Notes: generated by a model from the letters alone, not told the origin. Counted from the first letter of the stretch, positions 1 through 10,698 are shown. The stretch is 18,757 nt of DNA from Bdellovibrionota bacterium (GCA_044352465.1 JBILDU010000059.1:1-18757), one strand, 5' to 3'. Program-made: numbers and translations.

Positions 1-1
1 C

Positions 2-565
2 GGCAATTACGAGCTGTTAAATCGAACCACCGATGATGCGGCTGGGGAGGCTTTTGATAAGTCAGCGAACCTTTTAGGCCTCGAATACCCCGGAGGCCCT
101 CGATTAGCGGCGCTCGCGGACAAGCATTCCGCGAGTGAGTTTGTTTTGCCGCGGGTAATGCGAAACGATCCGGGGATAAGCTTCTCTGGACTGAAGACCG
201 CGATAGCCCTTCTGATCGAAAAGCAGGGGGGCGCTGTGCGCGGCGATGAAATGCTGCGGGGGCGACTTGCCTTCGCCATTCAAGACGCCATCGTCACGGC
301 GTTGGTTGATAAACTCGAGAGTGCGATTGCATCGACCGGCATTCGGCATGTCGTCATCACAGGGGGAGTCTCAGCAAATCGGGCGCTCCGCGAAAGGGTC
401 AAGGCTCTCTCCAAAGTGAAACTTTTTTTACCCGGGAATCTCCACTGCATGGATAATGCGGCCATGATCGGGTACGTCGGGGCGGAGCGGTATCGCCGTG
501 GCGAGCGGGATGATCTGAGGGCCGATGTGAAAAGTCGTTGGCCTGTGGAAACGATGAGGCTCTAA
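2..565 (+). CDS. tsaD: tRNA N6-threonylcarbamoyladenosine biosynthesis protein TsaD (5'-truncated by window edge)
   Basis: Frame is open from base 2: GNYELLNRTTDDAAGEAFDKSANLLGLEYPGGP..., then SFSGLKTA, GGVSANRALR and CMDNAAMIG, all hallmark TsaD/Kae1 motifs. Stop TAA at 563-565 directly abuts the next ATG. Confidence 0.96.
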   Translation, partial: GNYELLNRTTDDAAGEAFDKSANLLGLEYPGGPRLAALADKHSASEFVLPRVMRNDPGISFSGLKTAIALLIEKQGGAVRGDEMLRGRLAFAIQDAIVTALVDKLESAIASTGIRHVVITGGVSANRALRERVKALSKVKLFLPGNLHCMDNAAMIGYVGAERYRRGERDDLRADVKSRWPVETMRL

Positions 566-1480
566 ATGAAGCGACACCACCGTCCCGGTCCGCGGGTCAA
601 AGACCAGCTCCGAAATCTTGATGTTCGCCCGAGTAAAGAGCGGGGCCAGAACTTCGTCATCAATCCGGTTGTCATCGATGCGATCGCTGGTTTTGGTCAG
701 CCCACCGAGGGGGATAATCTCGTTGAGATCGGACCCGGTCTCGGCGCATTAACCGGGGTCTTGGCGCGTTACCCCAAGCTGACACTCATCGAGATCGAGG
801 CGAAATTCTGCCGAGAACTGGCGGCGAAGTATCCTCACGTGAAGATCCTCAATGCGGATGTGCGCGGAGTAGATTTGGCCGAGATCGGCGATGACCTCGT
901 TGTGTTTGGTAATCTGCCCTACGCCTTTTCCACGGATATCGTGTTCCGATTGATCGATCAGGCTGCAGTGGTCAAACGGGCGGTTTTGCTTTTGCAAAAA
1001 GAGTTCGCGGAGCGGCTCGCCGCAGATCCGGGGGGGCGCACCTACGGCCTGCTCTCGGTTTCGTGTCGTCTGTGGGCGGATGCGAAGCTTGGTCCGATTA
1101 TCCCGGGCGATGCTTTCCATCCCCCCGCAAAGGTACAGTCACAGGTTGTGGAGCTTACCTTCCTCAAAGCGCCCCGCCTTCCGATCGCTGATATCTTATG
1201 GTTCAAGCGGTTTGTGGCGGCTTGTTTTCTCAAACGACGTAAAAAGCTGATTAACAGCCTGACCGCATCCGGCCTGTTTACGAAGGAGAAGATCGCCGCA
1301 ACTCTGCTCGAGTGCGGGGTCGATGGGAACCGCCGCGCGGAGACGTTGTCTCTGGATGAGTTCGCCAAACTCGCCCAGGCTTTTCCGAAGCCGGCGGTGA
1401 TGGCGTACCTGATGCAACCCCCGGCGGAAGAGCTCTCCCGTGAAGAGGATGAAACGGAGGACGGTGACGGAGCCGCGTAA
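566..1480 (+). CDS. rsmA: 16S rRNA (adenine1518/1519-N6)-dimethyltransferase RsmA/KsgA
   Basis: Motifs GQNF, VEIGPGLGALT (SAM binding), GNLPY, QKEFAERL, FHPPAKVQS, KRRKKLINSL and RRAETLS. Ends in an acidic C-terminal extension. Confidence 0.96.
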   Translation: MKRHHRPGPRVKDQLRNLDVRPSKERGQNFVINPVVIDAIAGFGQPTEGDNLVEIGPGLGALTGVLARYPKLTLIEIEAKFCRELAAKYPHVKILNADVRGVDLAEIGDDLVVFGNLPYAFSTDIVFRLIDQAAVVKRAVLLLQKEFAERLAADPGGRTYGLLSVSCRLWADAKLGPIIPGDAFHPPAKVQSQVVELTFLKAPRLPIADILWFKRFVAACFLKRRKKLINSLTASGLFTKEKIAATLLECGVDGNRRAETLSLDEFAKLAQAFPKPAVMAYLMQPPAEELSREEDETEDGDGAA

Positions 1481-1512
1481 GTGCGTCTGATCTTGAATAG
1501 GTCGACCGAGCG

Positions 1513-1549
1513 TGGTCAGCACTCAGCCAAAAATTTGGCTCGCCGACCA
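1513..1549 (-). other. Hairpin between convergent rsmA and FG-GAP genes (possible 3' end or stability hairpin)
   Basis: Minus strand TGGTCGGC-g-AGCCAAA-tt-TTTGGCT-gagt-GCTGACCA. The outer stem pairs fully only on the minus strand (G:U). There is no U-tract. Confidence 0.4.
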
Positions 1550-1562
1550 GACACCTCGATCC

Positions 1563-3374
1563 TCACCTGATATTGGAAAGCTGTCGCTCCCAACGATCGA
1601 TCGTCAGAGGGGGCTCTTTGCCGCAGTTCGTTTGGCGTGCCACCACGTTTGAGAAGAAACTCTTTCCGTTGCATGTGGTCCGCGCGATCATGTGGAACGA
1701 AAACGGTTTCCCCCCAAAGTCGCATTGGGCTTTGCGTAATCCTGCTGCGCGAAAGCGGGTGGTCTTCGCTGTAACTGCTTTGTTTCGGACCAAGACGTTA
1801 ATTGGACCTGCTTGCGAACGGTCCGCGCGAGTCCGTCTTCCATAGAGCGAGACCGTGCACGGTGATTTCGCTCCTTGGAGCCGACCTTGAGGTTGGCCTT
1901 TCGCCGGAGGGGGCGGCGCAACGTCATAGGTTACGGCGCCGTTGAGGTTCCCCTCAGGGGTTAGCTTAAAGGTAAAGGAAGACTTTGAAGGGAGCTTTTG
2001 ATTGCTCGGGGTCGGTGTTGGTGTGGGGGTTGGCGTGGGGGGGGGGATCCCGGCAAAAAATGTAACGCGACCACGGGCCAAATCACCTCCGATACTGCCC
2101 ACACCGATATCAGCGCCACCGTCCCCGTTGATATCGCACTGCGTGGTCGGATTTGGCCGTACCGCGAGGGAGGAGCCGAAACGGTCGCCCGGACCGTTCC
2201 CGTCCATTTCGGCGATCAATTGACATTCCGTGCCGTCGTAGGAGAAGACGAGCACCTTGCCGACGTTATTGCCCGCTCCGGGGTCGCTGACGACGAAGTC
2301 GGGAGAGCCATCTGAGTCCACGTCTCCGGGGCCAGCTACCGCAAATCCAAGTTCGTCGAGATCGTTGAGAGCGACAACGTTGCAGATGACCTCAAGATTG
2401 ATTCCGCCACCTGGTTGAGGTGCAGGGGAGAGCACGGTAAAGGCACCAGGGACGCTGGTATCCGAATTAACGGCGGGGGACCCCACCACGAATTCGCTCA
2501 GGCCGTCTCCGGTGAGATCCCCGATCTCTGCGACCGCTGCGCCGAACTCCCCTCCAAACCGGTTGTCGCTCGCACTACCAAGAAATGTACCTCCCGCTCC
2601 GCTGAACACCACTACTCGGCCACCTCCTGCGGAAAACGGTATCGGTGCGCCTACAATGATATCGCGTATCCCGTCTCCATCGAGATCGGAGATCGAGGTG
2701 ATCGCCCGACCGAAGTCCGTTTCGTCGGAATCGTTGAGGACTGAAACCGGAGTGCTCGAGGAGGCTCGATCAACGAGGTAGACCTGGCCGGAGATGGGGG
2801 CTGAAAGTAAGAAGTCGAGCCGCCCGTTATCGTTGGAATCGCTAAAAAGCCCCGCTACTTTAAAGCCGATGTTGGTGAAGGTTCCGGCGGTAAAATTGTA
2901 CGGGAAAGTCGCCGCACCGCTTGGTGCTGAGTAGACATTGGCCGTACTTACGCTCGATGCTGATGGGCTCGATGCCGCGAGCGAGACGATAAGGTCTTGA
3001 AGCCCGGTGGAATTAAATCCGGCATCCCCGATCGATGCGATCGAACCACCCATACGGATGGTATCGTCGTTACTGAGGTATTGGTCAGAGAAGAGCACCG
3101 TGGTGCCGGTCCCGTTAACGACCGCAAATCCGCTCTCGCTCCCGAATTGGGTGCCGGGGCTCCCGATCGCAACCGATTGAACCCCGGAGCCGACGAAGTC
3201 AGCGATGCAGGCGAGACCGCTCCCGTAAATCCCGTTATCAACCGTTCCCGCCCGTTCAAAGATTATCTGCAGGGGGTCAGCTCCCTGAGCCTCGGCGACG
3301 TGGGGGTGATGAGAAACAACGACTGCGAGACCGAGGAGGAGGGGCGTGAGCCCCCGAAAAGATAGAGTCTTCAT
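1563..3374 (-). CDS. Secreted FG-GAP repeat (integrin alpha-like beta-propeller) protein with Pro/Thr linker and basic C-terminal domain
   Basis: Signal peptide-like N-terminus (MKTLSFRGLTPLLLGLAVVV...AEA). Seven FG-GAP-like repeats, e.g. FGRAITSISDLDGDGIRDIIVGAP and FGAAVAEIGDLTGDGLSEFVVGSP, with DxDGDG Ca-binding loops. PPPTPTPTPTPTP linker. Confidence 0.9.
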   Translation of the reverse strand: MKTLSFRGLTPLLLGLAVVVSHHPHVAEAQGADPLQIIFERAGTVDNGIYGSGLACIADFVGSGVQSVAIGSPGTQFGSESGFAVVNGTGTTVLFSDQYLSNDDTIRMGGSIASIGDAGFNSTGLQDLIVSLAASSPSASSVSTANVYSAPSGAATFPYNFTAGTFTNIGFKVAGLFSDSNDNGRLDFLLSAPISGQVYLVDRASSSTPVSVLNDSDETDFGRAITSISDLDGDGIRDIIVGAPIPFSAGGGRVVVFSGAGGTFLGSASDNRFGGEFGAAVAEIGDLTGDGLSEFVVGSPAVNSDTSVPGAFTVLSPAPQPGGGINLEVICNVVALNDLDELGFAVAGPGDVDSDGSPDFVVSDPGAGNNVGKVLVFSYDGTECQLIAEMDGNGPGDRFGSSLAVRPNPTTQCDINGDGGADIGVGSIGGDLARGRVTFFAGIPPPTPTPTPTPTPSNQKLPSKSSFTFKLTPEGNLNGAVTYDVAPPPPAKGQPQGRLQGAKSPCTVSLYGRRTRADRSQAGPINVLVRNKAVTAKTTRFRAAGLRKAQCDFGGKPFSFHMIARTTCNGKSFFSNVVARQTNCGKEPPLTIDRWERQLSNIR

Positions 3375-3382
3375 GACTTCGA

Positions 3383-3411
3383 ATTATCGTTTCGGGCGTG
3401 GGGAGCGTCAA
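3383..3411 (-). promoter_or_regulatory. Sigma70-type promoter for the FG-GAP gene
   Basis: Minus strand TTGACG (3411-3406), 17-nt spacer, GATAAT (3388-3383), then 8 nt to the ATG at 3374. Confidence 0.6.
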
Positions 3412-3451
3412 GGATATTTGGGGGCGTAGCCCCCCAAACCTGGTAGAACGA

Positions 3452-3481
3452 TAAAAGAGCTACGGGGAGCCCCCGGCTCTT
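3452..3481 (-). terminator. Probable Rho-independent terminator of tpx
   Basis: Minus strand AAGAGC-c-GGGG-gct-CCCC-gta-GCTCTT followed by TTAT, about 70 nt after the tpx stop. A second hairpin (TTTGGGGG..CCCCCAAA) lies at 3417-3438. Confidence 0.5.
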
Positions 3482-3549
3482 CTGTCGATCCCTCCCGAGT
3501 TGGGCGAAACTACCGCCCCCTTCCTCAGCCCCACATTTTCGATGCGGTC

Positions 3550-4065
3550 TTAGGCAAGCTCCTTTGCCACAGCGAGCGCCTTGTCGTAATCGGGCTCACT
3601 GGCGATCTCATTCACGTATTCCACATGTTGAATGATACCGTTCTTATCGGCGACCAATACCGCGCGCGCGAGGAGCGCTGAGTCTACCATTTCAGCTCCG
3701 AATGCGGGCCCGAATGTTCGGTACTTATAATCGCTTGCGGTGGTGACTTTGGTGGCGTTCGCTGCGCCACACCACCGTTTTTGGGCGAAGGGCAGGTCCC
3801 GACTTACCGTCAGAACCACGACGTCTCCGGAGAGATTCTCAAGTTCAGCATTAAATTTCTGGGTCTGTAGCGAGCACACCGGGGTATCGAGGCTCGGGAG
3901 CACTGAGAGGATCAGCACTTTATTCTTAAAGGCCTCACTTGAGATGTCGGATAGGTCGTTTCCAGTGAGCTTGAACTGAGGCAGAGCTTGCCCCGCTTTT
4001 AAAGCCGTACCGGCTATCTTTACCTTATTACCCATCAACGTGATGTTGTCGTTGGTCAGCGCCAT
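3550..4065 (-). CDS. tpx: Thiol peroxidase Tpx (atypical 2-Cys peroxiredoxin)
   Basis: PSLDTPVCSLQT (peroxidatic Cys), SRDLPFAQKRWCGA (resolving Cys), LARAV and EPDYD. SD-like AAGGGGG upstream. Confidence 0.96.
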   Translation of the reverse strand: MALTNDNITLMGNKVKIAGTALKAGQALPQFKLTGNDLSDISSEAFKNKVLILSVLPSLDTPVCSLQTQKFNAELENLSGDVVVLTVSRDLPFAQKRWCGAANATKVTTASDYKYRTFGPAFGAEMVDSALLARAVLVADKNGIIQHVEYVNEIASEPDYDKALAVAKELA

Positions 4066-4099
4066 ACCAGCCCCCTTAAAATAAAATGTGCCGGTGGAA

Positions 4100-4128
4100 A
4101 CGCTACACTACGGTGATGGGCGGGGCAA
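4100..4128 (-). promoter_or_regulatory. Candidate sigma70 promoter for tpx
   Basis: Minus strand TTGCCC (4128-4123), 17 nt, TAGCGT (4105-4100), 34 nt upstream of the ATG. Confidence 0.4.
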
Positions 4129-4278
4129 GAAACCCTCCAGGATGTGGAAAAACCGGCGCGCCGCGCAGCTATCTGTGCGGCCATCCTGGCCGCGCTCGTC
4201 TCTCGCCCGCGAAAGCTCCGGCAGGTGCAAAAACAGGCCGAACGGGATATGAGCTCAAGGAACTTATTGAGCCGGGCA

Positions 4279-4497
4279 CTAACTTTGCTCCCCGGTGCCG
4301 TCGCTACCAAAAAAATCATCCGGTATCGGTCCTACGAGCTTTTCCACCGAGTCGCGTTTTACCCGCCAATCGGAGCCCACTTTGAACCCTTGAATGATGC
4401 CCTCGTGCAAGAGGTCGTATACCTTAGGTCGATGTATCCGCAGTAATTGCGAGGTCTCCCGCACGGTCAGTAATAAAGGCTGGCGCGCTTTGCCCAT
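4279..4497 (-). CDS. Small excisionase/Xis-like (HTH_17, BldC-like) DNA-binding protein
   Basis: 72 aa; LLTVRETSQLLRIHRPKVYDLLHEGIIQGFKVGSDWRVKRDSVE fits the LTxxExAxxLxV..xY.L...G.I.xxKxG..WR pattern. SD-like AAGGGGGA just upstream of the ATG. Confidence 0.88.
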   Translation of the reverse strand: MGKARQPLLLTVRETSQLLRIHRPKVYDLLHEGIIQGFKVGSDWRVKRDSVEKLVGPIPDDFFGSDGTGEQS

Positions 4498-4498
4498 T

Positions 4499-4658
4499 AG
4501 TCCCCCTTAAAGCGTATTCCGGAAAAAGCGGAACTCCTACCCAGGTTGACCCATCCCGTGCGCTACGCCCTTTAGCCATCCGTTTACTCCTCAAACGAAT
4601 GGAAACGACGTGTCTATGGGTCAATCGACTCAACAGAAACCTTTATGAATAGGGGACT
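4499..4658 (-). ncRNA. Candidate structured RNA or 5' leader of the HTH gene (rod-like fold)
   Basis: Nested inverted repeats: AGTCCCC/GGGGACT ends, TATTC/GAATA, TTGACCCAT/ATGGGTCAA, ACGTCgTTT/AAAgGGCGT, and CCATTCGTTTG-AGGAG-TAAACGGATGG. G:U pairs favour the minus strand. Confidence 0.45.
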
Positions 4659-4755
4659 TTCCTAATTTTTGCCGGAAGCAGCGGGGTCCTGCGAGGGGGA
4701 TGGAAGGGGGTATCTATTTGATTTCTCCGGGGACTTTTGCCTAATCTGGGAGCGC

Positions 4756-8015
<3,260 letters not shown>

Positions 8016-8018
<3 letters not shown>

Positions 8019-8028
8019 GCTGTTGATT
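8016..8028 (-). promoter_or_regulatory. IHF-consensus site upstream of the rpsO promoter
   Basis: Minus strand AATCAACAGCTTA matches WATCAANNNNTTR exactly, with AT-rich sequence next to it. Confidence 0.4.
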
Positions 8029-8078
8029 TTGCTTGATATTAAAACAAGGGGGGCGGCAACGCTCTTTGGCGCCACTAC

Positions 8079-8107
8079 TTTACTTTTACTCCCCCCGTTG
8101 CTAAAGT
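8079..8107 (+). promoter_or_regulatory. Candidate rpsO-pnp sigma70 promoter
   Basis: TTTACT (8079-8084), 17 nt, extended TGc-TAAAGT (8102-8107), followed by a GC-rich discriminator ACGCCGC typical of stringently controlled promoters. Confidence 0.5.
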
Positions 8108-8160
8108 ACGCCGCGTTATACTCAATAAAATAAAGAGTTTGGAAATTAGAGGAGACTGTG

Positions 8161-8433
8161 ATGTCTGAGTCGTTGAACGGTGGTAGAGCCGAGATTGTGA
8201 ATAAGTTTCGTACCCATGAGACCGATTGTGGCTCGCCGGAAGTTCAGGTCGCGTTGTTGACCTCGCGTCTTGAGACGCTGTCGAAGCACTTTCAAAGCCA
8301 CCCGCAAGATACCCATTCGCAACGTGGGATGATGAAGATTATTTCTCGGCGCAAGTCGCTGTTGCAGTATTTGAAGGATACCGATGTGACCCGCTACCGG
8401 AACACGGTCTCCGCGCTCGGCTTGAGAAAGTAA
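8161..8433 (+). CDS. rpsO: 30S ribosomal protein S15
   Basis: HETDCGSPEVQVALLT, HPQDTHSQRGMMKIISRRKSLLQYL and LGLRK. GAGGAG SD; syntenic with pnp. Confidence 0.98.
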   Translation: MSESLNGGRAEIVNKFRTHETDCGSPEVQVALLTSRLETLSKHFQSHPQDTHSQRGMMKIISRRKSLLQYLKDTDVTRYRNTVSALGLRK

Positions 8434-8446
8434 CGTTGGTGCGTTT

Positions 8447-8472
8447 GGGTGAGCGGCGCTCGTCGCTCACCC
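8447..8472 (+). other. rpsO-pnp intergenic hairpin (attenuator or processing site candidate)
   Basis: GGGTGAGCG-gcgctcgt-CGCTCACCC, a perfect 9-bp stem followed by pyrimidine-rich CTCACTTTCTCCCC. Confidence 0.55.
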
Positions 8473-8532
8473 CTCACTTTCTCCCCACACCCCTCCATTC
8501 TGATCGATACTCATACATACGAAGGAAAAAAC

Positions 8533-10641
8533 ATGATTGTTCTGGAAAGAGATCTCCACGGACGTAAGTTGTCTATTGAGACGGGCCGTATCGCGAAGCA
8601 AGCTGGCGGCTCGGTTGTCGTCCGCCAAGGCGAGTCGATGGTCTTAGTGACCGCCTGCTGTGGCGCTGAAAAAGATGGGGACTTCTTGCCCCTCACGATC
8701 GATTACGTCGAGAAGCAGTACGCCGCGGGCAAGATTCCAGGCGGTTTTTTTAAGCGCGAAGGTAAGCTCGGGGAGAAGGAGACTTTGACCTCGCGCCTCA
8801 TCGACCGTCCGTGCCGGCCTCTTTTCCCAGAGGGGTTCCACCACGAGGTTCAGGTTGTCGCCACCGTCATATCTGCAGATGGTGAAAACGATACGGATAT
8901 CCTCTCGGTTGTTGGCGCCTCGGCGGCGTTGACCTTGTCGGAGCTCCCTTTCGAAGGACCGATCGCCGCGGTGCGGGTCGGTCGGATTAAGGGCAAGCTC
9001 GTCATTAATCCGACGAGCTCGGAGTTGGCCAAGTCAGACCTCAATATGATCGTGGCGGGTTCGCGTGACGCCATCGTTATGGTCGAGGGTGGTGCTCAGG
9101 AAATGCCGGAGAGCGAGGTGTTAGAGGCGCTCTTCTTTGCGCATCAGGAATTGCAGCCCCTGATCGACATGCAGCTTGAGCTCCGTGAAAAAGCGGGGAA
9201 GCCGAAGATGGCGGCACCTGCTCCGAAAGAGAAAAGCCCTCTCCAGGTGGAGCTCGAGAAGTTCATCTCGCCGCGAATGGAGAAGGTCATTCGGGTCAAG
9301 GAGAAGCTGGCGCGACGGGATGCGGCGAAGGCTCTGAAGGAAGAGATTAAAGCTCAATTCATCAAAGCGGGGATGGAGAACGCCGATGATGTCGGTGCGC
9401 TCATCGGAAAAGTGTACGAGGATTTGAACTACAATCTCGTGCGCGAGATGGTGTTCAAGGAAGGGATGCGGATCGACGGCCGGGATACCAAGACCGTGCG
9501 TCCGATATCGATCGAAGTGGGGCTCCTCCCGCGCACCCACGGTTCGGCGCTCTTCACTCGCGGCGAGACTCAGGCGATCGTCGTTGCGACTCTCGGTACC
9601 CCCGAGGAGGCGCAGCGCCTCGATAACCTGCTTGGCGAGGGCGGTACGAAGAGCTTCATGCTCCACTATAATTTCCCGCCCTTCTCGGTAGGCGAGACCA
9701 AACCGATGCGTGGCCCGGGTCGTCGTGAGATCGGTCACGGTGCGTTGGCGGAACGTGCGGTCAAGGCGGTTATGCCAGCGGAAACCGAGTTCCCTTATGT
9801 CGTCCGAATCGTCTCGGAGATTACTGAGAGTAACGGCTCCAGCTCGATGGCCTCGGTGTGTGGCGCGAGCCTCTCACTGATGGACGCGGGTGTGCCGATC
9901 AAGTCCCCGGTCGCCGGCGTAGCGATGGGTCTGATGAAGGATGGCGAGCGGTTCTCCGTTCTCACCGACATCTTGGGCGATGAAGACCATCTTGGTGATA
10001 TGGACTTCAAAGTGTGCGGTACTGCGAAGGGGGTCACCGCTATACAGATGGACATCAAGATCAAGGGTTTGAGCCGTGAGATCATGGGGCAAGCTCTCGA
10101 GCAGGCCCGTGAGGGACGGCTCCACATCCTCGACAAGATGGCGGAGTGTATCGTGAAGCCCCGTGCGGAGATGAGTCGGTATGCACCGAAGATTGTGACC
10201 ATCAAGATTAACCCCGATAAGATCCGCGACGTCATTGGACCTGGTGGTAAGATGATCCGCTCGATCACCGAGTCGTGTGGCGTTAAGGTCGAGGTAAACG
10301 ATGATGGTACGGTGAAGATCGCGAGCCCCGACGGACAGAAGATCCAAGCCGCGGTAACGATCATCAAGAACCTCACTGAAGAAGCGGTGGTTGGTAAGAT
10401 CTACAAAGGTATCGTCAAGCGGATCGCCGACTTCGGTGCGTTTGTTGAGATTCTGCCCGGGACCGATGGTCTGGTGCACATCTCTCAACTTGCGGATGGT
10501 CGGGTCAATCGTGTGACCGATGTTGTCCAAGAGGGTGACGAGGTGCACGTGAAGGTGCTCGAGGTCGACCGCCAAGGGAAGATCCGGTTGTCGCTCCGGG
10601 ATGCAATTGCTGAGCTTCGAGAGCAAGGTGTCGTGCGATAA
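8533..10641 (+). CDS. pnp: Polyribonucleotide nucleotidyltransferase (PNPase)
   Basis: ETGRIAKQAGGSV, GKIPGGFFKREG, RLIDRP, RIDGR, HGSALFTRGETQ, SNGSSSMASVC, DILGDEDHLGDMDFKV, plus KH (IGPGG) and S1 domains. ATG 8533 follows GAAGGA. Confidence 0.98.
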   Translation: MIVLERDLHGRKLSIETGRIAKQAGGSVVVRQGESMVLVTACCGAEKDGDFLPLTIDYVEKQYAAGKIPGGFFKREGKLGEKETLTSRLIDRPCRPLFPEGFHHEVQVVATVISADGENDTDILSVVGASAALTLSELPFEGPIAAVRVGRIKGKLVINPTSSELAKSDLNMIVAGSRDAIVMVEGGAQEMPESEVLEALFFAHQELQPLIDMQLELREKAGKPKMAAPAPKEKSPLQVELEKFISPRMEKVIRVKEKLARRDAAKALKEEIKAQFIKAGMENADDVGALIGKVYEDLNYNLVREMVFKEGMRIDGRDTKTVRPISIEVGLLPRTHGSALFTRGETQAIVVATLGTPEEAQRLDNLLGEGGTKSFMLHYNFPPFSVGETKPMRGPGRREIGHGALAERAVKAVMPAETEFPYVVRIVSEITESNGSSSMASVCGASLSLMDAGVPIKSPVAGVAMGLMKDGERFSVLTDILGDEDHLGDMDFKVCGTAKGVTAIQMDIKIKGLSREIMGQALEQAREGRLHILDKMAECIVKPRAEMSRYAPKIVTIKINPDKIRDVIGPGGKMIRSITESCGVKVEVNDDGTVKIASPDGQKIQAAVTIIKNLTEEAVVGKIYKGIVKRIADFGAFVEILPGTDGLVHISQLADGRVNRVTDVVQEGDEVHVKVLEVDRQGKIRLSLRDAIAELREQGVVR

Positions 10642-10666
10642 GCGTTTTAAGGCGCATGACGATCCT

Positions 10667-10698
10667 AAAAGGGGGCCCGTGGTGGCCCCCTTTTTTTT
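10667..10698 (+). terminator. Rho-independent terminator after pnp (bidirectional-type)
   Basis: AAAA-GGGGGCC-cgtggt-GGCCCCC-TTTTTTTT. Confidence 0.92.

Noticed and set aside
3500..3520. GGGCGAAAC hairpin reminiscent of a c-di-GMP-I riboswitch P2
   Set aside because: The remaining consensus (GAAA tetraloop stem, ACGCAAAG) is missing and there is no downstream plus-strand gene.
4279..4497. Prophage or ICE boundary suggested by the excisionase-like gene
   Set aside because: No integrase, tRNA, att repeats or phage genes; the flanks are housekeeping genes.
8449..8532. Longer pnp start at 8449
   Set aside because: It overlaps the intergenic hairpin; ATG 8533 has an SD and matches the PNPase N-terminus.
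9121..10626. Long antisense ORFs within pnp (similar ones lie within ligA, cbs and radD)
   Set aside because: Shadow ORFs expected from GC-rich codon bias opposite conserved genes.
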